Positions 29,301 to 39,511 of a stretch of DNA of 64,000 nucleotides are shown piece after piece (the first letter of the stretch is position 1; each line of letters opens with the position of its first letter). A model generated the notes under the pieces. It had not been told where the DNA came from and ran no database searches. It worked only from the letters and a program-made list of their open reading frames with translations. Position numbers and translations under genes: made by a program. The stretch lies in the IMG/VR virus record IMGVR_UViG_3300008624_000002. One strand, given 5' to 3'. Source of the DNA: an uncultured virus (IMG/VR IMGVR_UViG_3300008624_000002). Lineage: Duplodnaviria > Heunggongvirae > Uroviricota > Caudoviricetes.

Positions 29301-30154
29301 TCTACAACAGCCTCTGCATCGATAACAGATGAATCTAAATCATTGTATTGAACTAACTTATCAGTTTGTTTAGGAACACCACCAACATCCATAGTGATAC
29401 TTACTCTTCTTTCTTCTGAGTATTCTGATTCAGACATATGAATCGTTTCGTCTATTGGATACTTTAATTCTGCATCTTGACCATATAAGAGTCTCATTAA
29501 GAACTTAACTGATTCAGCGGTACCTTTTTGTTTATAAAGTGTACCTATGTTCTTTAATGTTAATCTTGCGTTTTGTGTTTCTTTTAAATCTAGAGATGGT
29601 ATGAAATCTTTTTGAAAGTATTTTAAGAATGTTTCTAATGTTTGGTCTATATCTGAATAATCTAATAGTCTGTTGTTTGCAACTATCTGGTTTTCTTTAT
29701 ATGTTTTAATTACACCAGTTAATTTACCATCTCTTCCTGTTATTGTTTCGCTTTCTGAGAAACCTGTTCCTGATATAGTATCAACATATAATGTTAGACC
29801 ATTTATAACTTTGATTTTTGCGATTGAACCACTCTTCTCACCATAGATATATTCACCTACCTGAAAGGGTTCGAATTCTGATTCATGCACTATTTTAGAT
29901 GTATCTACATCTGGTTCGGCCGAAGCGGTACCTGTCTCAATCAGTATCTTAGCTGCTGATTCGGAGGTACCGTCTTCTAACCTGATGCCCTCTAATTCTT
30001 TTATAGAAGAGAGGACTATTATTTCGGATTCTAGGTACTCGAAATACGCCTGTAGGAACATCTCGAATACTGGTGCATCTTCCTGAATATGTTCCGGAAG
30101 TAGACTCGGCAATCGAGTAGATAGTCTATCTACAATATGATTTTCATGTGCCAT
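26318..30154 (-). CDS. gp7: Baseplate wedge initiator gp7-like
   Basis: F..FL.AYFEYLE; LYKQKGT.ES.KFLMRLLYG; IQDS.FYQ.HSY; VHPSG; position between gp6 and gp8. Confidence 0.75.
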   Translation of the reverse strand: MAHENHIVDRLSTRLPSLLPEHIQEDAPVFEMFLQAYFEYLESEIIVLSSIKELEGIRLEDGTSESAAKILIETGTASAEPDVDTSKIVHESEFEPFQVGEYIYGEKSGSIAKIKVINGLTLYVDTISGTGFSESETITGRDGKLTGVIKTYKENQIVANNRLLDYSDIDQTLETFLKYFQKDFIPSLDLKETQNARLTLKNIGTLYKQKGTAESVKFLMRLLYGQDAELKYPIDETIHMSESEYSEERRVSITMDVGGVPKQTDKLVQYNDLDSSVIDAEAVVENVYITDLSNREYSLSISYTHRGEFVKNKAATLIDRDGVTSYTGTLKGIVSTIDSTRGSIYISQEDDSGDLLDEDGNGLLLEEVSKGSMYEAQDIVNFTGGKLDTDTLRADTNITGLSRGGIETIYIEDGGQDYVSGDMIVFDDDATAGGGAEAIIGSTGDELILEDALAFEQYEITAVANQTVFGGVSNGAAVRDDHNKPIAINLMHGKLEVHIDGIVQAQSTYSFAPDNITFTTNPNLTGGERVEIFTDKSRLLMEDGNEVLLDGYKTTNAGSITSTDQRIRRIQITNPGSGYEKLPSVFPGGWLYFESITNGGEDSTPSDFQKGENITGATSNATGTILRLDIPNNRLLIKRASSNTGAFQDGETITGSNTSTAKTLVSGKVSDGQGAKIYAWSSQIGAVEKLTIYNQGNKFDADAVIDTATTYHNMLIRTPTSTLNKDVVITGSKSGATAQVQAYDAIRHILKYKNLNGMFIEDEQVNFQSSDTFLILKNDPYTARGKVAGEGLLNDNFLSDKGYVSSEVGNIQDSKFYQTHSYIIKVGESINSYRSIVKDLVHPSGHIFFGEVAHESLLLGSSLDGVRSPPFEVNPQNNMVPSTTFVPTIIIPSYPTDNVLMEDSPTDGSGAKIRVLLENNSLLENEDSRDNIAQTSKETVVLLYTTQAEVNAQDMIFQWKDAQGVNDTGREDGAGHVNILNRKEFITTALDTKLDSEIGASSRPAITEFNTFIQKSPRRDGLVTVLNLETADHDYYVNNTDVPLNSEYGNVAIRPADSGKVFQFWDDEEFLINEDGTRILNEEPLNYVRFDPFTRDLHGERILLEDESGSFLLEDETVEDSKEFFVTERSIELDNPYMYYEAGDSAGDRMIFEDGDVMVKEDSGQTVNTFVPIGPTLKTLNKIAFQNCYKISYYILDETPKTGQGNDAESDKILMEDGISGILSEASVPEGLSIKQMDDMLGTMYIDELDPKANRRTNIAFSSYVNSSNITNSALNAL

Positions 30155-30171
30155 TTAGAATCCTATTGGTA

Positions 30172-30660
30172 TTATATACCAGCTGCGACTGAACCTGTAC
30201 CTATGATACTGATTGGGTGCCAAACTAATGCGCCCTCAGAACCCAATGCAATCAATACACATGCGCCACCAGTCTTTAAAAGAATCTGTGGTGCACCTGA
30301 AGCATCTGTCCATCCAGTCACGGTAATGTCTGCATCTTTAGCCACACCATCGTCTTTTCTTACGATGATTTTAACTTGACCAACTGATGTTCCTCTTGCG
30401 AGTGATAATGCATTATCAGTTGTTTCGCCAGTCATGTCTATGAAAGTGACTGCCTTTGTGACACTGATAGCACCATCATCGACTAATGTTTCAACATCGT
30501 CAAATGCTAAGTAAGTCGGAAGATTGTTAAACAATCTTGAAAGACTCATTTTTTTATTAACTGGAGTTCCACTTGGGTTGTCAACGATGTGTAGTAAATC
30601 TACTGCGTTTACATCACCAGCTGCAATCTCTGTTAATGCGGTTATTTTCTTATCTGCCAT
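30172..30660 (-). CDS. Virion structural protein
   Basis: MADKKITAL...DLLHIVD....NKK N-terminus; structural context. Confidence 0.55.
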   Translation of the reverse strand: MADKKITALTEIAAGDVNAVDLLHIVDNPSGTPVNKKMSLSRLFNNLPTYLAFDDVETLVDDGAISVTKAVTFIDMTGETTDNALSLARGTSVGQVKIIVRKDDGVAKDADITVTGWTDASGAPQILLKTGGACVLIALGSEGALVWHPISIIGTGSVAAGI

Positions 30661-30731
30661 TCTATTTTCCTCCTATAATCCAATTGAATGGGAAACTACT
30701 CACGGCATAAACCGTGACCACTTTATTCATG

Positions 30732-32609
30732 TTAATATGAACTACTGGAAGTAGAATTATATCCTACCCCAGCACTACTCTCACCACTACTAATGGTGTC
30801 GACTTCACCTGTTACCTTGATATCATCAACACTGATGTCAATTAGAGAACCCCTAATTGCAACAACATCGTCTGATACAGGCATTATAGTGAAGTCTATC
30901 GATGTGTCATTGTTCACCGATGAGGTAAACTTGATGGCATCAATCGAAATCTTTCCGTTGGTATAATCTATAGTACCAGCGGCTTGGTCTGCGAAGACTC
31001 TTACTCCAGATGTGTTCACCGAGTATCTTCTGATAACTCCAGAACCATCATCATCGAAGAAATATGTATTTACTGTATCTCCGTCAACCTTGAAACCTGT
31101 TGTTGTTAAAATCCCACCAGAAGCCTTGTTATAACCGTCATTTGGATGATAAAAACCATTTCCAAAGTTTATGGTTAAACCTTCTGAGTAGTTTAACTTA
31201 ATTGCTTTTCTTTTTCTTAATCTTACATTTGTTATATTTGATAATATAGAAACATTAGTATCATCTATCTCTTTAACTAGATTTGAATGTCTGAATATAC
31301 TATCAAAGTTGTTTAATTTTGTATTATCAAAGTTTACTATTGCGTTTCTTACCAATGTCTCTACCTCTCCCTTTGATAATGTTGTTTCTTTATCGTTATA
31401 TTTGAATACCGTTGTGATTAGAATCTTAACTATTTCTGCATCTATTATTTCTGGTCTAACAGTCAACATGTTAAGTTGATTTAGTTTCTTTGTCACTTCT
31501 ACTTTTTCTTTCTCCGATAAGTAATCTGAGTTTTGTGGTTTAAGAGATATGAATACTTTACCATATTGTGGTGGGTCGTTGTCTTCACCACCCCATACTG
31601 CAACAGCGTCTGCGTTTGGATAGTATTCTTGAACCTTTGCTTTGTAGTCATTCAATGTGACTAATCTATTTTGAGATGTATAGAACTTTGTTGCCTTAAA
31701 CTTGATTGATTCTATATCTTCTTTCTCTGCACCACCCGATGCATCTGAAAGTGTTGTGATAGTTGCCGTAGCAAATCCGTTAAGTGAATCAGCCATAGAG
31801 AATATTTTTGCGCCATCAGCATGAACATCATCTACAGTAATGTATGTTGCTTTAATTAAGTCACCATCTTTTAACCCCAACCCTAAGACATCATCACCAA
31901 AGTATATCTCGATAAATCCTTCTTCGTTCTCTTGTGCATAAAAGACTTTTGATGCACTTGTTATTGTTGATACATCTGTTGATAGTGCGTATTTGGACAC
32001 TAAGCCATTTGAATTAACTTCTACTTCTAATTTTGCCCTATCAACTCTTGCGTTTGATAACACAAACTTAGCGTTTTTAATTTGACTATCGAATATAAAA
32101 GAATCTGTTATGTATTGTCCTTGAACTAAATCTACTGTAGGAAATGAGAAGGTTGTATTGTCTCTTGTGGGAACAACTGTTGATGAATTAACAAAGTTAT
32201 AACTTACACCATCGTAGATAGTCTGAAAGTTATGACCTCTAGGCATTGTCATATCATTTGCAGTCGGAATAGTTTGGTCTGCATTTCTAATGTTAATCAT
32301 CTTAACTTCTACCTGAGCAGATGTTGCTTTCTCTGATGCAGGAATAAACCCTAAATCTTTTGCACGAGATACTACATTCTTTCTTATCTGTGCTGAGTCT
32401 AAGAACAACTCTGAAGCGGCAATGTTTGTGTTCAGACCACTAATATGGCCTGCATATGCCAACATGTCTATTATGACATTTAGATTTGAACCTTCAAAGT
32501 CGTAGTCTTTAAACTTTTCTTGACCTTTAAGATATTGTTTGATATTATCAGAAATAGCATCGAAGTCTAAGTCTGTTGCGTTTATTTGTGAACTTTTTAC
32601 TGTTGCCAT
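30732..32609 (-). CDS. gp6: Baseplate wedge subunit gp6
   Basis: LDFD.I..NIK.YL...F.DYDFEGS; FLDSA..R; FGD; QNRLVT..DY; WGGE..P.YGKVFIS. Confidence 0.92.
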   Translation of the reverse strand: MATVKSSQINATDLDFDAISDNIKQYLKGQEKFKDYDFEGSNLNVIIDMLAYAGHISGLNTNIAASELFLDSAQIRKNVVSRAKDLGFIPASEKATSAQVEVKMINIRNADQTIPTANDMTMPRGHNFQTIYDGVSYNFVNSSTVVPTRDNTTFSFPTVDLVQGQYITDSFIFDSQIKNAKFVLSNARVDRAKLEVEVNSNGLVSKYALSTDVSTITSASKVFYAQENEEGFIEIYFGDDVLGLGLKDGDLIKATYITVDDVHADGAKIFSMADSLNGFATATITTLSDASGGAEKEDIESIKFKATKFYTSQNRLVTLNDYKAKVQEYYPNADAVAVWGGEDNDPPQYGKVFISLKPQNSDYLSEKEKVEVTKKLNQLNMLTVRPEIIDAEIVKILITTVFKYNDKETTLSKGEVETLVRNAIVNFDNTKLNNFDSIFRHSNLVKEIDDTNVSILSNITNVRLRKRKAIKLNYSEGLTINFGNGFYHPNDGYNKASGGILTTTGFKVDGDTVNTYFFDDDGSGVIRRYSVNTSGVRVFADQAAGTIDYTNGKISIDAIKFTSSVNNDTSIDFTIMPVSDDVVAIRGSLIDISVDDIKVTGEVDTISSGESSAGVGYNSTSSSSY

Positions 32610-33034
32610 TATCGTACCCTATTTACTGTAAAGTCTACGGAATCTCTTCCTAAACCATTTATGATATCATACTTGACCATGACATCTACATTGTTTCTAT
32701 TGTTTTCTCCAATCGCAACTTGAACATTTCTTACTCTAGGTTCAAGCGCATACAAGGCTTCCTTTATGTCGCCTATAATTCTTCTTTTCGCTCCAATTCC
32801 TTGAAGCTCAAATAATTGGCCTCTAAGATTAGCACCAAAATTAGGTTTAAACGGTCTTTCATAATTATTTGTAAGTAGGATATTTCTCACTGACCTTTTT
32901 ACTGCATCAGCATCTTTCTTTGTAGTCACATCTTTTGATACTGGATGTGCTGTGAACATGATATCAATATCTGTATATGATTCCTTAGTTGCGGAATTTA
33001 TGGTGTTTGTTTTTCTGAAATCTCTTGTAGCCAT
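32609..33034 (-). CDS. gp25: Baseplate wedge subunit gp25
   Basis: AVKRSVRNILLT...ERPF.PNFG; EPRV. Confidence 0.9.
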   Translation of the reverse strand: MATRDFRKTNTINSATKESYTDIDIMFTAHPVSKDVTTKKDADAVKRSVRNILLTNNYERPFKPNFGANLRGQLFELQGIGAKRRIIGDIKEALYALEPRVRNVQVAIGENNRNNVDVMVKYDIINGLGRDSVDFTVNRVR

Positions 33035-33039
33035 ATATC

Positions 33040-33047
33040 TATTTATA
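33040..33047 (-). promoter_or_regulatory. T4 late promoter TATAAATA
   Basis: Exact consensus, 5 nt before the gp25 ATG. Confidence 0.8.
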
Positions 33048-33064
33048 CTCTTCTTGCATTAAAA

Positions 33065-34891
33065 TTAAATCTTAATTATAGAAACACCAACTCCTATTGC
33101 CGGTGCTGAATCAAATGTTGCCGTATTACCTGAAATCGTCACTCCACTTCCGTCTTCAATTTCAACTCCATCTAAAAATGCGTGAACTGTTCCTGTTCCA
33201 CTACTAACAGAAAATGATGTTAGTTCACCATCTCCTTGTTTGTATGAGACGCCTTCGTCACTACCTCTATCTTGAGTTGGTCGATTATCACTCTTAGTTG
33301 TTGACTTAACAGCAGTGATAACACCTGCAATTGCAGGTAGAGAAATATTAACTCCCATAGGCATACCAATTATCTTTAAGAAGTCACACCATGTTAAGAA
33401 CATAAAGTCGAATATCGCTCCCAATCCTATTGCACTAATGAACTTCTTAATTACCTTTACCCATTCAAACATTATTTTCTTATGCCAATTCGATTTGAAA
33501 TCTTTTAGTGTCATACAAATCTCAGCAATCTCTTCTTCCAATGATTCAGCAGTTGATTTAATTTCACCACCTATCATTTTCAGAATATCAAAACCAAAGA
33601 TACTAATTCCTCCCAACGCATCTTTAACATCTGATAGAAATTTATCCTTTTCTTCTAATAGTTCTTTTTCTAGTTTCTTCTTCTCTTCAACTTTCTTATC
33701 TAATTCTTCTGATAATCTAATATGTTCATCCATCTCAATATCATCAGCAGCCATCTTTTCTTTAATTTCTTCTATCTCTTCTGCTAGTTTTTTAATTTCT
33801 CTTTTCTTACCGAGTTTTGTACTTTTCCATTTCTCTTTTATAGATTCAATCTGCGCCTTTATCAATGCACCTATGTCCAAAGACATAATATCAAGTAGTT
33901 GGCTAATAGGAAGACCTGGCAAACCCAACAAGTCCCAAATTTCTTTGAATATACTTATTAATTTTTCAAATGCTTTTAGATACCAGTTCTGTATCCACTC
34001 TTTGATTTCGGTTTTTATATATTTCCAAGTTAGTTTTGCTTTTGCATCTGGATCCACAACACCAAACTCACCATCAAATTGTCTAAACTCTTCTGGAATA
34101 AGCATAAAGAATTTATCAATCCATTCATCTCTCAATTTTTCTAAATCGATAACACTTTCTTTTAGTTTATCAATTTCTTTTTGTAATTCTTCTCTTTCCT
34201 CATCTGTTAAATCTTTATTCGATTGTTTCTCTTGTAAGTCAGCAAGTTGTTTCTTTATGTCCTTTATTTGAGTGACGAATTGTGAACCTCCAATCTGTGC
34301 TTGTATTTCTTTTTGATAAGAAGGAGAAGAAACTAATTTTATGATATCGATTTCTAGACCCAAAACATTAATAGTAGGTAAAGCCGGAACTAACTTACCA
34401 ACAAGTTCTGCTATCTTTGTTGGAACATATGTATGGAACTCTTGTAATAATTCTGCAAAAGCGTCTCTCGCCTCTTTCTGCCAATTACGAGTTTGTTCTT
34501 TTGTCCAAAATGGGTCTAAAGCACTAGCAAGAGTATCTACAAATCCTGTAATATCTTCAATGACTTTATCAATTTCTTCTTTTAGTTCACCTAATATTAC
34601 TTTTTCAATGTAATTTTCTTTCTCTTCAATTTGTTCATTTATAGCAGCTATTTCTTCAGCTGTTAAGTCTGGATTCTTTAATTGTTCAGTTAATTCAGCA
34701 ATCTCCTTTTCCTTTTCCGCTTTCAACTCTAAGATTTTAGCATCAAGTTTACCAGGCAATTGAGCTATTTCAGCGAACATATTTGTTAAATCTGCTACTG
34801 TTGGTAAGGAAAATATATCCCCCTCAGGACAAGGGAGTTTATTTGGGATTTCTTCTTCTAAAGGCTTAACTTCGCTTGTTTCATTTGACAT
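33065..34891 (-). CDS. Hypothetical helical/coiled-coil protein with a C-terminal small beta module
   Basis: 608 aa E/K-rich coiled segments; C-terminal GDG..TSF...FLDGV module. Confidence 0.55.
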   Translation of the reverse strand: MSNETSEVKPLEEEIPNKLPCPEGDIFSLPTVADLTNMFAEIAQLPGKLDAKILELKAEKEKEIAELTEQLKNPDLTAEEIAAINEQIEEKENYIEKVILGELKEEIDKVIEDITGFVDTLASALDPFWTKEQTRNWQKEARDAFAELLQEFHTYVPTKIAELVGKLVPALPTINVLGLEIDIIKLVSSPSYQKEIQAQIGGSQFVTQIKDIKKQLADLQEKQSNKDLTDEEREELQKEIDKLKESVIDLEKLRDEWIDKFFMLIPEEFRQFDGEFGVVDPDAKAKLTWKYIKTEIKEWIQNWYLKAFEKLISIFKEIWDLLGLPGLPISQLLDIMSLDIGALIKAQIESIKEKWKSTKLGKKREIKKLAEEIEEIKEKMAADDIEMDEHIRLSEELDKKVEEKKKLEKELLEEKDKFLSDVKDALGGISIFGFDILKMIGGEIKSTAESLEEEIAEICMTLKDFKSNWHKKIMFEWVKVIKKFISAIGLGAIFDFMFLTWCDFLKIIGMPMGVNISLPAIAGVITAVKSTTKSDNRPTQDRGSDEGVSYKQGDGELTSFSVSSGTGTVHAFLDGVEIEDGSGVTISGNTATFDSAPAIGVGVSIIKI

Positions 34892-34895
34892 ATTA

Positions 34896-36035
34896 TTAGC
34901 CGCCTGAATTATTAATAACTTCCATAGCGCTTAACTTAATTATCTTAGCAGAACTGATATTGATATTATCACCTGCATCAATATCAAGTTTACCAGTGAT
35001 ATCAATCTTACCATCGCCGTAACCTTTGATGGTTACATTTCCATTAGATGTGATTGATGCATCACCCAAGACTTTAACATTGACCTTTCCGCCAATGTAT
35101 ACTTCATTATCTTTGCATATAACTGTATAGTTGTCATTAACTACTCTATGAATCTGATTACCTTCTGCATCTATCTCATAGAAAGTTCCTGTTCTATGTT
35201 CTACTGATATTCTTTCATTACCTCTAGTGTCATCTAATTCTACTATGTGACCAGACTCAGTATATAATGCCTTGTTATAAGGATACATAGGTGTTGCATT
35301 TGATTTTGCACCAGTGACTTCTTTATCTTTTCTAACAGCGGGCGAATAATCGGAGACGAGCGGGTTGCTGAAAGCAGGTTCAAGATAACTTATAGTAGTC
35401 TTCTTATCTTTAATGTATTCACTTAAATCTCTAGAACTATAATCTGCATCGCCTGTTGTAAATACATTTACATCTGTTGCATCTTTAACTATAGGATAGT
35501 ATGGTAATTCTTTGTCTGCTTCTGTATATTCTTCTTTCTTTGAACCTGCGCCACCATATGTGATACCTGCATCTTTAAGTAATTGTGGTGATGAATCTAA
35601 TGATGATGTAAGTTCATTTGGTCTTGAAGGCGCACTTGGTGGATTTAAACCATCATGTGTACCTGAATAATCTGCTTGTGTTTTTCTTCTTGGGTCGTTG
35701 AAGCCCTTATCTACACTTCTCTCTATAAGTTCATCTGTAATTGTTTCTTTGTAACCTTGTTGTGATATACCTTGTTGAACACCCAAGACAACAAAATCTT
35801 GCATGTCTTCATCTCTAAAGAAACCAAATACTGTTGTACCTTCTACTAAAGAATGTTGATTACCAAAACCACCAAGACCCGCTGTTGTCGCAGGCATAAT
35901 AACATGCGACCAAGGTAAATCTGGTGTTGATATTTTACCTTTATCATCTGAATGATGAACATGAACACGAACTCTAACCCTACCAATCTTTAAAGGGTCG
36001 TTTCTATCTTCTACTATGCCATAACAGTATTGCAT
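34896..36035 (-). CDS. gp5: Baseplate hub/spike gp5 (no lysozyme domain evident)
   Basis: G.VEDRNDPLKIGRVRVR..LPW OB fold; YPYN...TESGH..E.DDT...ERI...HRTGT; beta-helix C-terminus. Confidence 0.88.
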   Translation of the reverse strand: MQYCYGIVEDRNDPLKIGRVRVRVHVHHSDDKGKISTPDLPWSHVIMPATTAGLGGFGNQHSLVEGTTVFGFFRDEDMQDFVVLGVQQGISQQGYKETITDELIERSVDKGFNDPRRKTQADYSGTHDGLNPPSAPSRPNELTSSLDSSPQLLKDAGITYGGAGSKKEEYTEADKELPYYPIVKDATDVNVFTTGDADYSSRDLSEYIKDKKTTISYLEPAFSNPLVSDYSPAVRKDKEVTGAKSNATPMYPYNKALYTESGHIVELDDTRGNERISVEHRTGTFYEIDAEGNQIHRVVNDNYTVICKDNEVYIGGKVNVKVLGDASITSNGNVTIKGYGDGKIDITGKLDIDAGDNINISSAKIIKLSAMEVINNSGG

Positions 36036-37534
36036 TATCCTCCGCCTCGTTCTATTTTTGGACCAACTGTATCTTTCTCTAAAGGTTTGTATGTGTTTAT
36101 GTCTACACCATAACTTTCTTTCATAGCTTGCATAGTCATTGTTCCCGAACCTCCTAATGGACTAATTTGGTATGTAATTTTACCTATTAAATATCTTCCA
36201 TCCATCATCTCATCACCAGGCATATCATCTGTTTTCTGTTCAGTTGTTGGTATATCTAATTTAACAACTGTCCCTACTGATATATCACTTCTAAATGGTA
36301 TTGTAGCTATAACTTGACTTTGTTCAAATAAAGATAACAATGCGGCTCTTTCTAAATGAGCTGAATCTCTGTATTCTTGTCCCTTTTGTTGCGTAATTGA
36401 TTTACCTTCTGTTGCATCGACCAACTTCGCTTCATCGGAGAATGAATTAGTCATATTGACTTTATAAAATCTGTTGGCATCATACGAAGCATCTGGTGCT
36501 AAATCAACAAACTCTTCACTGAAATCTGGACTTTCGTCTATCGACATTATCTCATCTGCTCTGTAAGTAATTTCCATATCTGATGTTCGTATTAGGGGGT
36601 GTTTAGATACATGACCATCATCATTTCCTCTTTCAAAAACTTTTGATATAGAATATACATTCTCTTCTATTAATTTTCTTATAGGATCGTAAGTTGATAA
36701 TTTAGATGAATATGCACCACCCATTAAACCCTTCATTGTATTGAATCTTTGTGGAACTTCAACATTTAAAATCTGAGTATTTAATCCAGTGTCTTCTGCG
36801 TTAATATCTACATCTTCACTTGGTCCAGCGTTTCTAGGCATATGAGAGAATCTTAAAGGAAATTCTCTCGCTGTCATACTCTGAAAACTATCAAATCTAA
36901 ATTCGCCATTCATTGTCTGATAAAAGAACATACTGTTCTTAAAGGTTTTGTTTCCTTGTAGTTCTGCGTTAGCGCAAACATAATCAATAAATCGATTTAT
37001 ATTCCAATTAGGTACAATGAACTGATTGTATTCTGGTTCTGATTCGTCCCATTTATCGTATGCAGTTTTGGGTAACTTATTAAACCCAGCATACTCTTGT
37101 AATACTTTTATTAACATACCTGAATATGTACCACGAAGAGTTTGACTTACTACTGTCTTCTGACAAGTAAAGAATTTAGGGTCTATAAAATGCATAACAT
37201 AAGTCATTGCATTTTGAGAATTCTTTTGAACATCAGTCACCATATAAATTCTGAAAACTTTGTCCATAGAAAATTCTGGTGTAGAGTATTCTCCTTGTCC
37301 TTCTGCTTGTCTGATTTTGATTGTGAGTGATTCTTGACCAACTATTTTATAGTTCTTTAGAATATCAAGTCCATCAACAACGGTTATACGACCAGATAAA
37401 AAGGGTTTATCTATCGCTTCAAATATTGTGATGTTTGATGTTAATGCGGTGATATCAATAGATTCCTTTTCAGGATTAACTATTGTTAATGCATCAACAA
37501 CAAGTTCACCTTGTTGGACATTAACTGTTGTCAT
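36035..37534 (-). CDS. Baseplate hub protein (gp27-like)
   Basis: I.IFE.I..PFLSG; FFYQT..EFRF; G.YLI; position between gp53 and gp5. Confidence 0.55.
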   Translation of the reverse strand: MTTVNVQQGELVVDALTIVNPEKESIDITALTSNITIFEAIDKPFLSGRITVVDGLDILKNYKIVGQESLTIKIRQAEGQGEYSTPEFSMDKVFRIYMVTDVQKNSQNAMTYVMHFIDPKFFTCQKTVVSQTLRGTYSGMLIKVLQEYAGFNKLPKTAYDKWDESEPEYNQFIVPNWNINRFIDYVCANAELQGNKTFKNSMFFYQTMNGEFRFDSFQSMTAREFPLRFSHMPRNAGPSEDVDINAEDTGLNTQILNVEVPQRFNTMKGLMGGAYSSKLSTYDPIRKLIEENVYSISKVFERGNDDGHVSKHPLIRTSDMEITYRADEIMSIDESPDFSEEFVDLAPDASYDANRFYKVNMTNSFSDEAKLVDATEGKSITQQKGQEYRDSAHLERAALLSLFEQSQVIATIPFRSDISVGTVVKLDIPTTEQKTDDMPGDEMMDGRYLIGKITYQISPLGGSGTMTMQAMKESYGVDINTYKPLEKDTVGPKIERGGG

Positions 37535-38259
37535 GCTGTCATTACTTGTTCAAATCTTCTCACTACTTTAGCAATGATACTTGGTGAAATGATTTTAATT
37601 TTTCTCTTGGCCTCATTTTTTTCGTATTCATCATCATATAAACTTACTGATGTATAACCAGATGCCTCTTGATTTCTTCTTAAGTTTCCATTCTTATAAT
37701 ATGAAACACCATCTTTATGATTAACTACAGATGTTGGTGTGAATGATTTTGTTGAAACTTTACCTGTTATTAATTCGTTTGCAACGAAACTTCCGCCTTC
37801 AATTGCAATTCTGTTTTTTTCTGGCATAACTTCTATAACTCTTCCTTCTGATGATACACTTGTTACCTTTTCTCCAAGTAAGAATTTATTTGCGACATCA
37901 CCAGTGTTTGATTTTCGTGCAACGATATCTGTTGAAGAACTTGCGATTGCATATTGTCCTGGATATTTTTTAGATATGTATCTCTCAAATGTTTGTTGGT
38001 CTTTATACCAATCATAATAATTTTCTATGTCATTGACTAAAAAGAATGTCCAATGTAAATCTGCATTACCGTATATCTTTGTTGCAGTGATATCTGGTCT
38101 ATCGCCCTCTTCTATATTATATAAGTTATATTCAACAATAGAATTTACAGCCTCTTGTTCTATTTTAGATTTACGAAAGAAGTCTTTTATATAAACAATT
38201 TTACCATCTGAAAGTTGGTATTGTATTTCTGGAAAGTTAGTAAAATATTTAGCTGCCAT
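37531..38259 (-). CDS. gp53: Baseplate wedge subunit gp53
   Basis: YF..FP.I.Y; GDRPD..A.KIYG...LHW...VN; YE..NE.KR.IKI. Confidence 0.88.
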   Translation of the reverse strand: MAAKYFTNFPEIQYQLSDGKIVYIKDFFRKSKIEQEAVNSIVEYNLYNIEEGDRPDITATKIYGNADLHWTFFLVNDIENYYDWYKDQQTFERYISKKYPGQYAIASSSTDIVARKSNTGDVANKFLLGEKVTSVSSEGRVIEVMPEKNRIAIEGGSFVANELITGKVSTKSFTPTSVVNHKDGVSYYKNGNLRRNQEASGYTSVSLYDDEYEKNEAKRKIKIISPSIIAKVVRRFEQVMTA

Positions 38260-38261
38260 GT

Positions 38262-39470
38262 TTATGTTCCTGGTGGTGGTTCATCTGAGTAATCTCCTCT
38301 TGATGCTCTATCTACGATAGACATGTTCTGTCCTGGATCTCCTGTTCCTTTGTTTTTTCCATCTAGTGTTAGTTCCGATGCTTTGATTGCCTCGTAATTT
38401 CCAAGAGTCATAGTCTTAATCTCTAAGAAGTTTAGTGTTAATTGAATATGAACTGGTTGTCCATCTGCAAAGGTTGAGAACTTCTGACCGCCTGTGTAGT
38501 CTACTTGTGCATTTGTGCATACAGCAGGTAAGAAACCATCTACTTTATCTCCTAGAGGACCTTCAAAAAAGATTTCAAATACATTTGGATAATTAAAATA
38601 ACTTGCATTTACTTCAGCATTGAATTTTTCTCCATTATGAGCAGCGGCTTGACCTTTTTGCACATCATCTGCATGTGGCATAACCAATTTACCATCTTCA
38701 TCTGTAATTGACATTACTTCTGAATACACATCTGGTAACATTGAAGACCTAAAGAAATAAATAATATTTCTTACATTCGTTGCTTCAGCAGCTGATTTGG
38801 GCCAAAAGTCAAATGTGAAATCCCACGACCTGAAAGGAATACCGTTGAGCATTTGTTCTTGCATTGGATTGATAGCACGACCTCTTTTTAAGTTTGATAA
38901 TCCACCTGTCATTGTATTTAAGGTCTGTTGTATGAACTTAGTTGCAACCTTATTACTTTGTTCTTTAGTTGCCTCCCAAGCGTCAGATGCGCCGCCTCTA
39001 TCCCACGCTTCTACAACTTCATTTAAAGCTCTCGCTACATTATTAACTCCATCTGCTTGATAAGATACAGTTGCTTGTGATATTACTGCATCCGGAACAT
39101 AAAGTGCTACTTGTCTTCTTGTATATATGGGAGCTTTTGAACCGGAAGCTTCTGGTCTCTTTCTTCGTGGTCTACTTACAAATACAATGTAATTAGTTAA
39201 TTTATCATATATTGGATATACTAAATCTTGGCCATCTACAGTTGGTGCATCTTTAACATAGTTCCCTGCTATTGCTTGAGAACCTATAGATTTTTCTAAA
39301 CTACTCCTTCTAGCATTTAACAATTCTTCGGCCTTTGCTTTCTCTTCACCCAAAGCATCCATAGCAGTAGTGTAGTTTATTGCCTGTATTTTTGCCTGAA
39401 TTCCCTTTAAACTGTTGATGGCCTGTTTGACCTTACTGAATTTGCCTAGGAGTTTGTCTATGTATGCCAT
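38262..39470 (-). CDS. gp48: Baseplate tail-tube cap gp48
   Basis: LYVP; NP..E.M..G..FR.W.F.F.F.PKS..EA; VDYT; L.L.F.E. Confidence 0.8.
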   Translation of the reverse strand: MAYIDKLLGKFSKVKQAINSLKGIQAKIQAINYTTAMDALGEEKAKAEELLNARRSSLEKSIGSQAIAGNYVKDAPTVDGQDLVYPIYDKLTNYIVFVSRPRRKRPEASGSKAPIYTRRQVALYVPDAVISQATVSYQADGVNNVARALNEVVEAWDRGGASDAWEATKEQSNKVATKFIQQTLNTMTGGLSNLKRGRAINPMQEQMLNGIPFRSWDFTFDFWPKSAAEATNVRNIIYFFRSSMLPDVYSEVMSITDEDGKLVMPHADDVQKGQAAAHNGEKFNAEVNASYFNYPNVFEIFFEGPLGDKVDGFLPAVCTNAQVDYTGGQKFSTFADGQPVHIQLTLNFLEIKTMTLGNYEAIKASELTLDGKNKGTGDPGQNMSIVDRASRGDYSDEPPPGT

Positions 39471-39477
39471 ATAAATA
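39470..39477 (+). promoter_or_regulatory. Late promoter TATAAATA for gp4; divergent CATAAATA at 39507-39514 (minus strand) for gp48
   Basis: Face-to-face late promoters at the strand switch. Confidence 0.75.
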
Positions 39478-39511
39478 ACCTTAATAGTTAATGTTTTTAA
39501 TATAGTTATTT

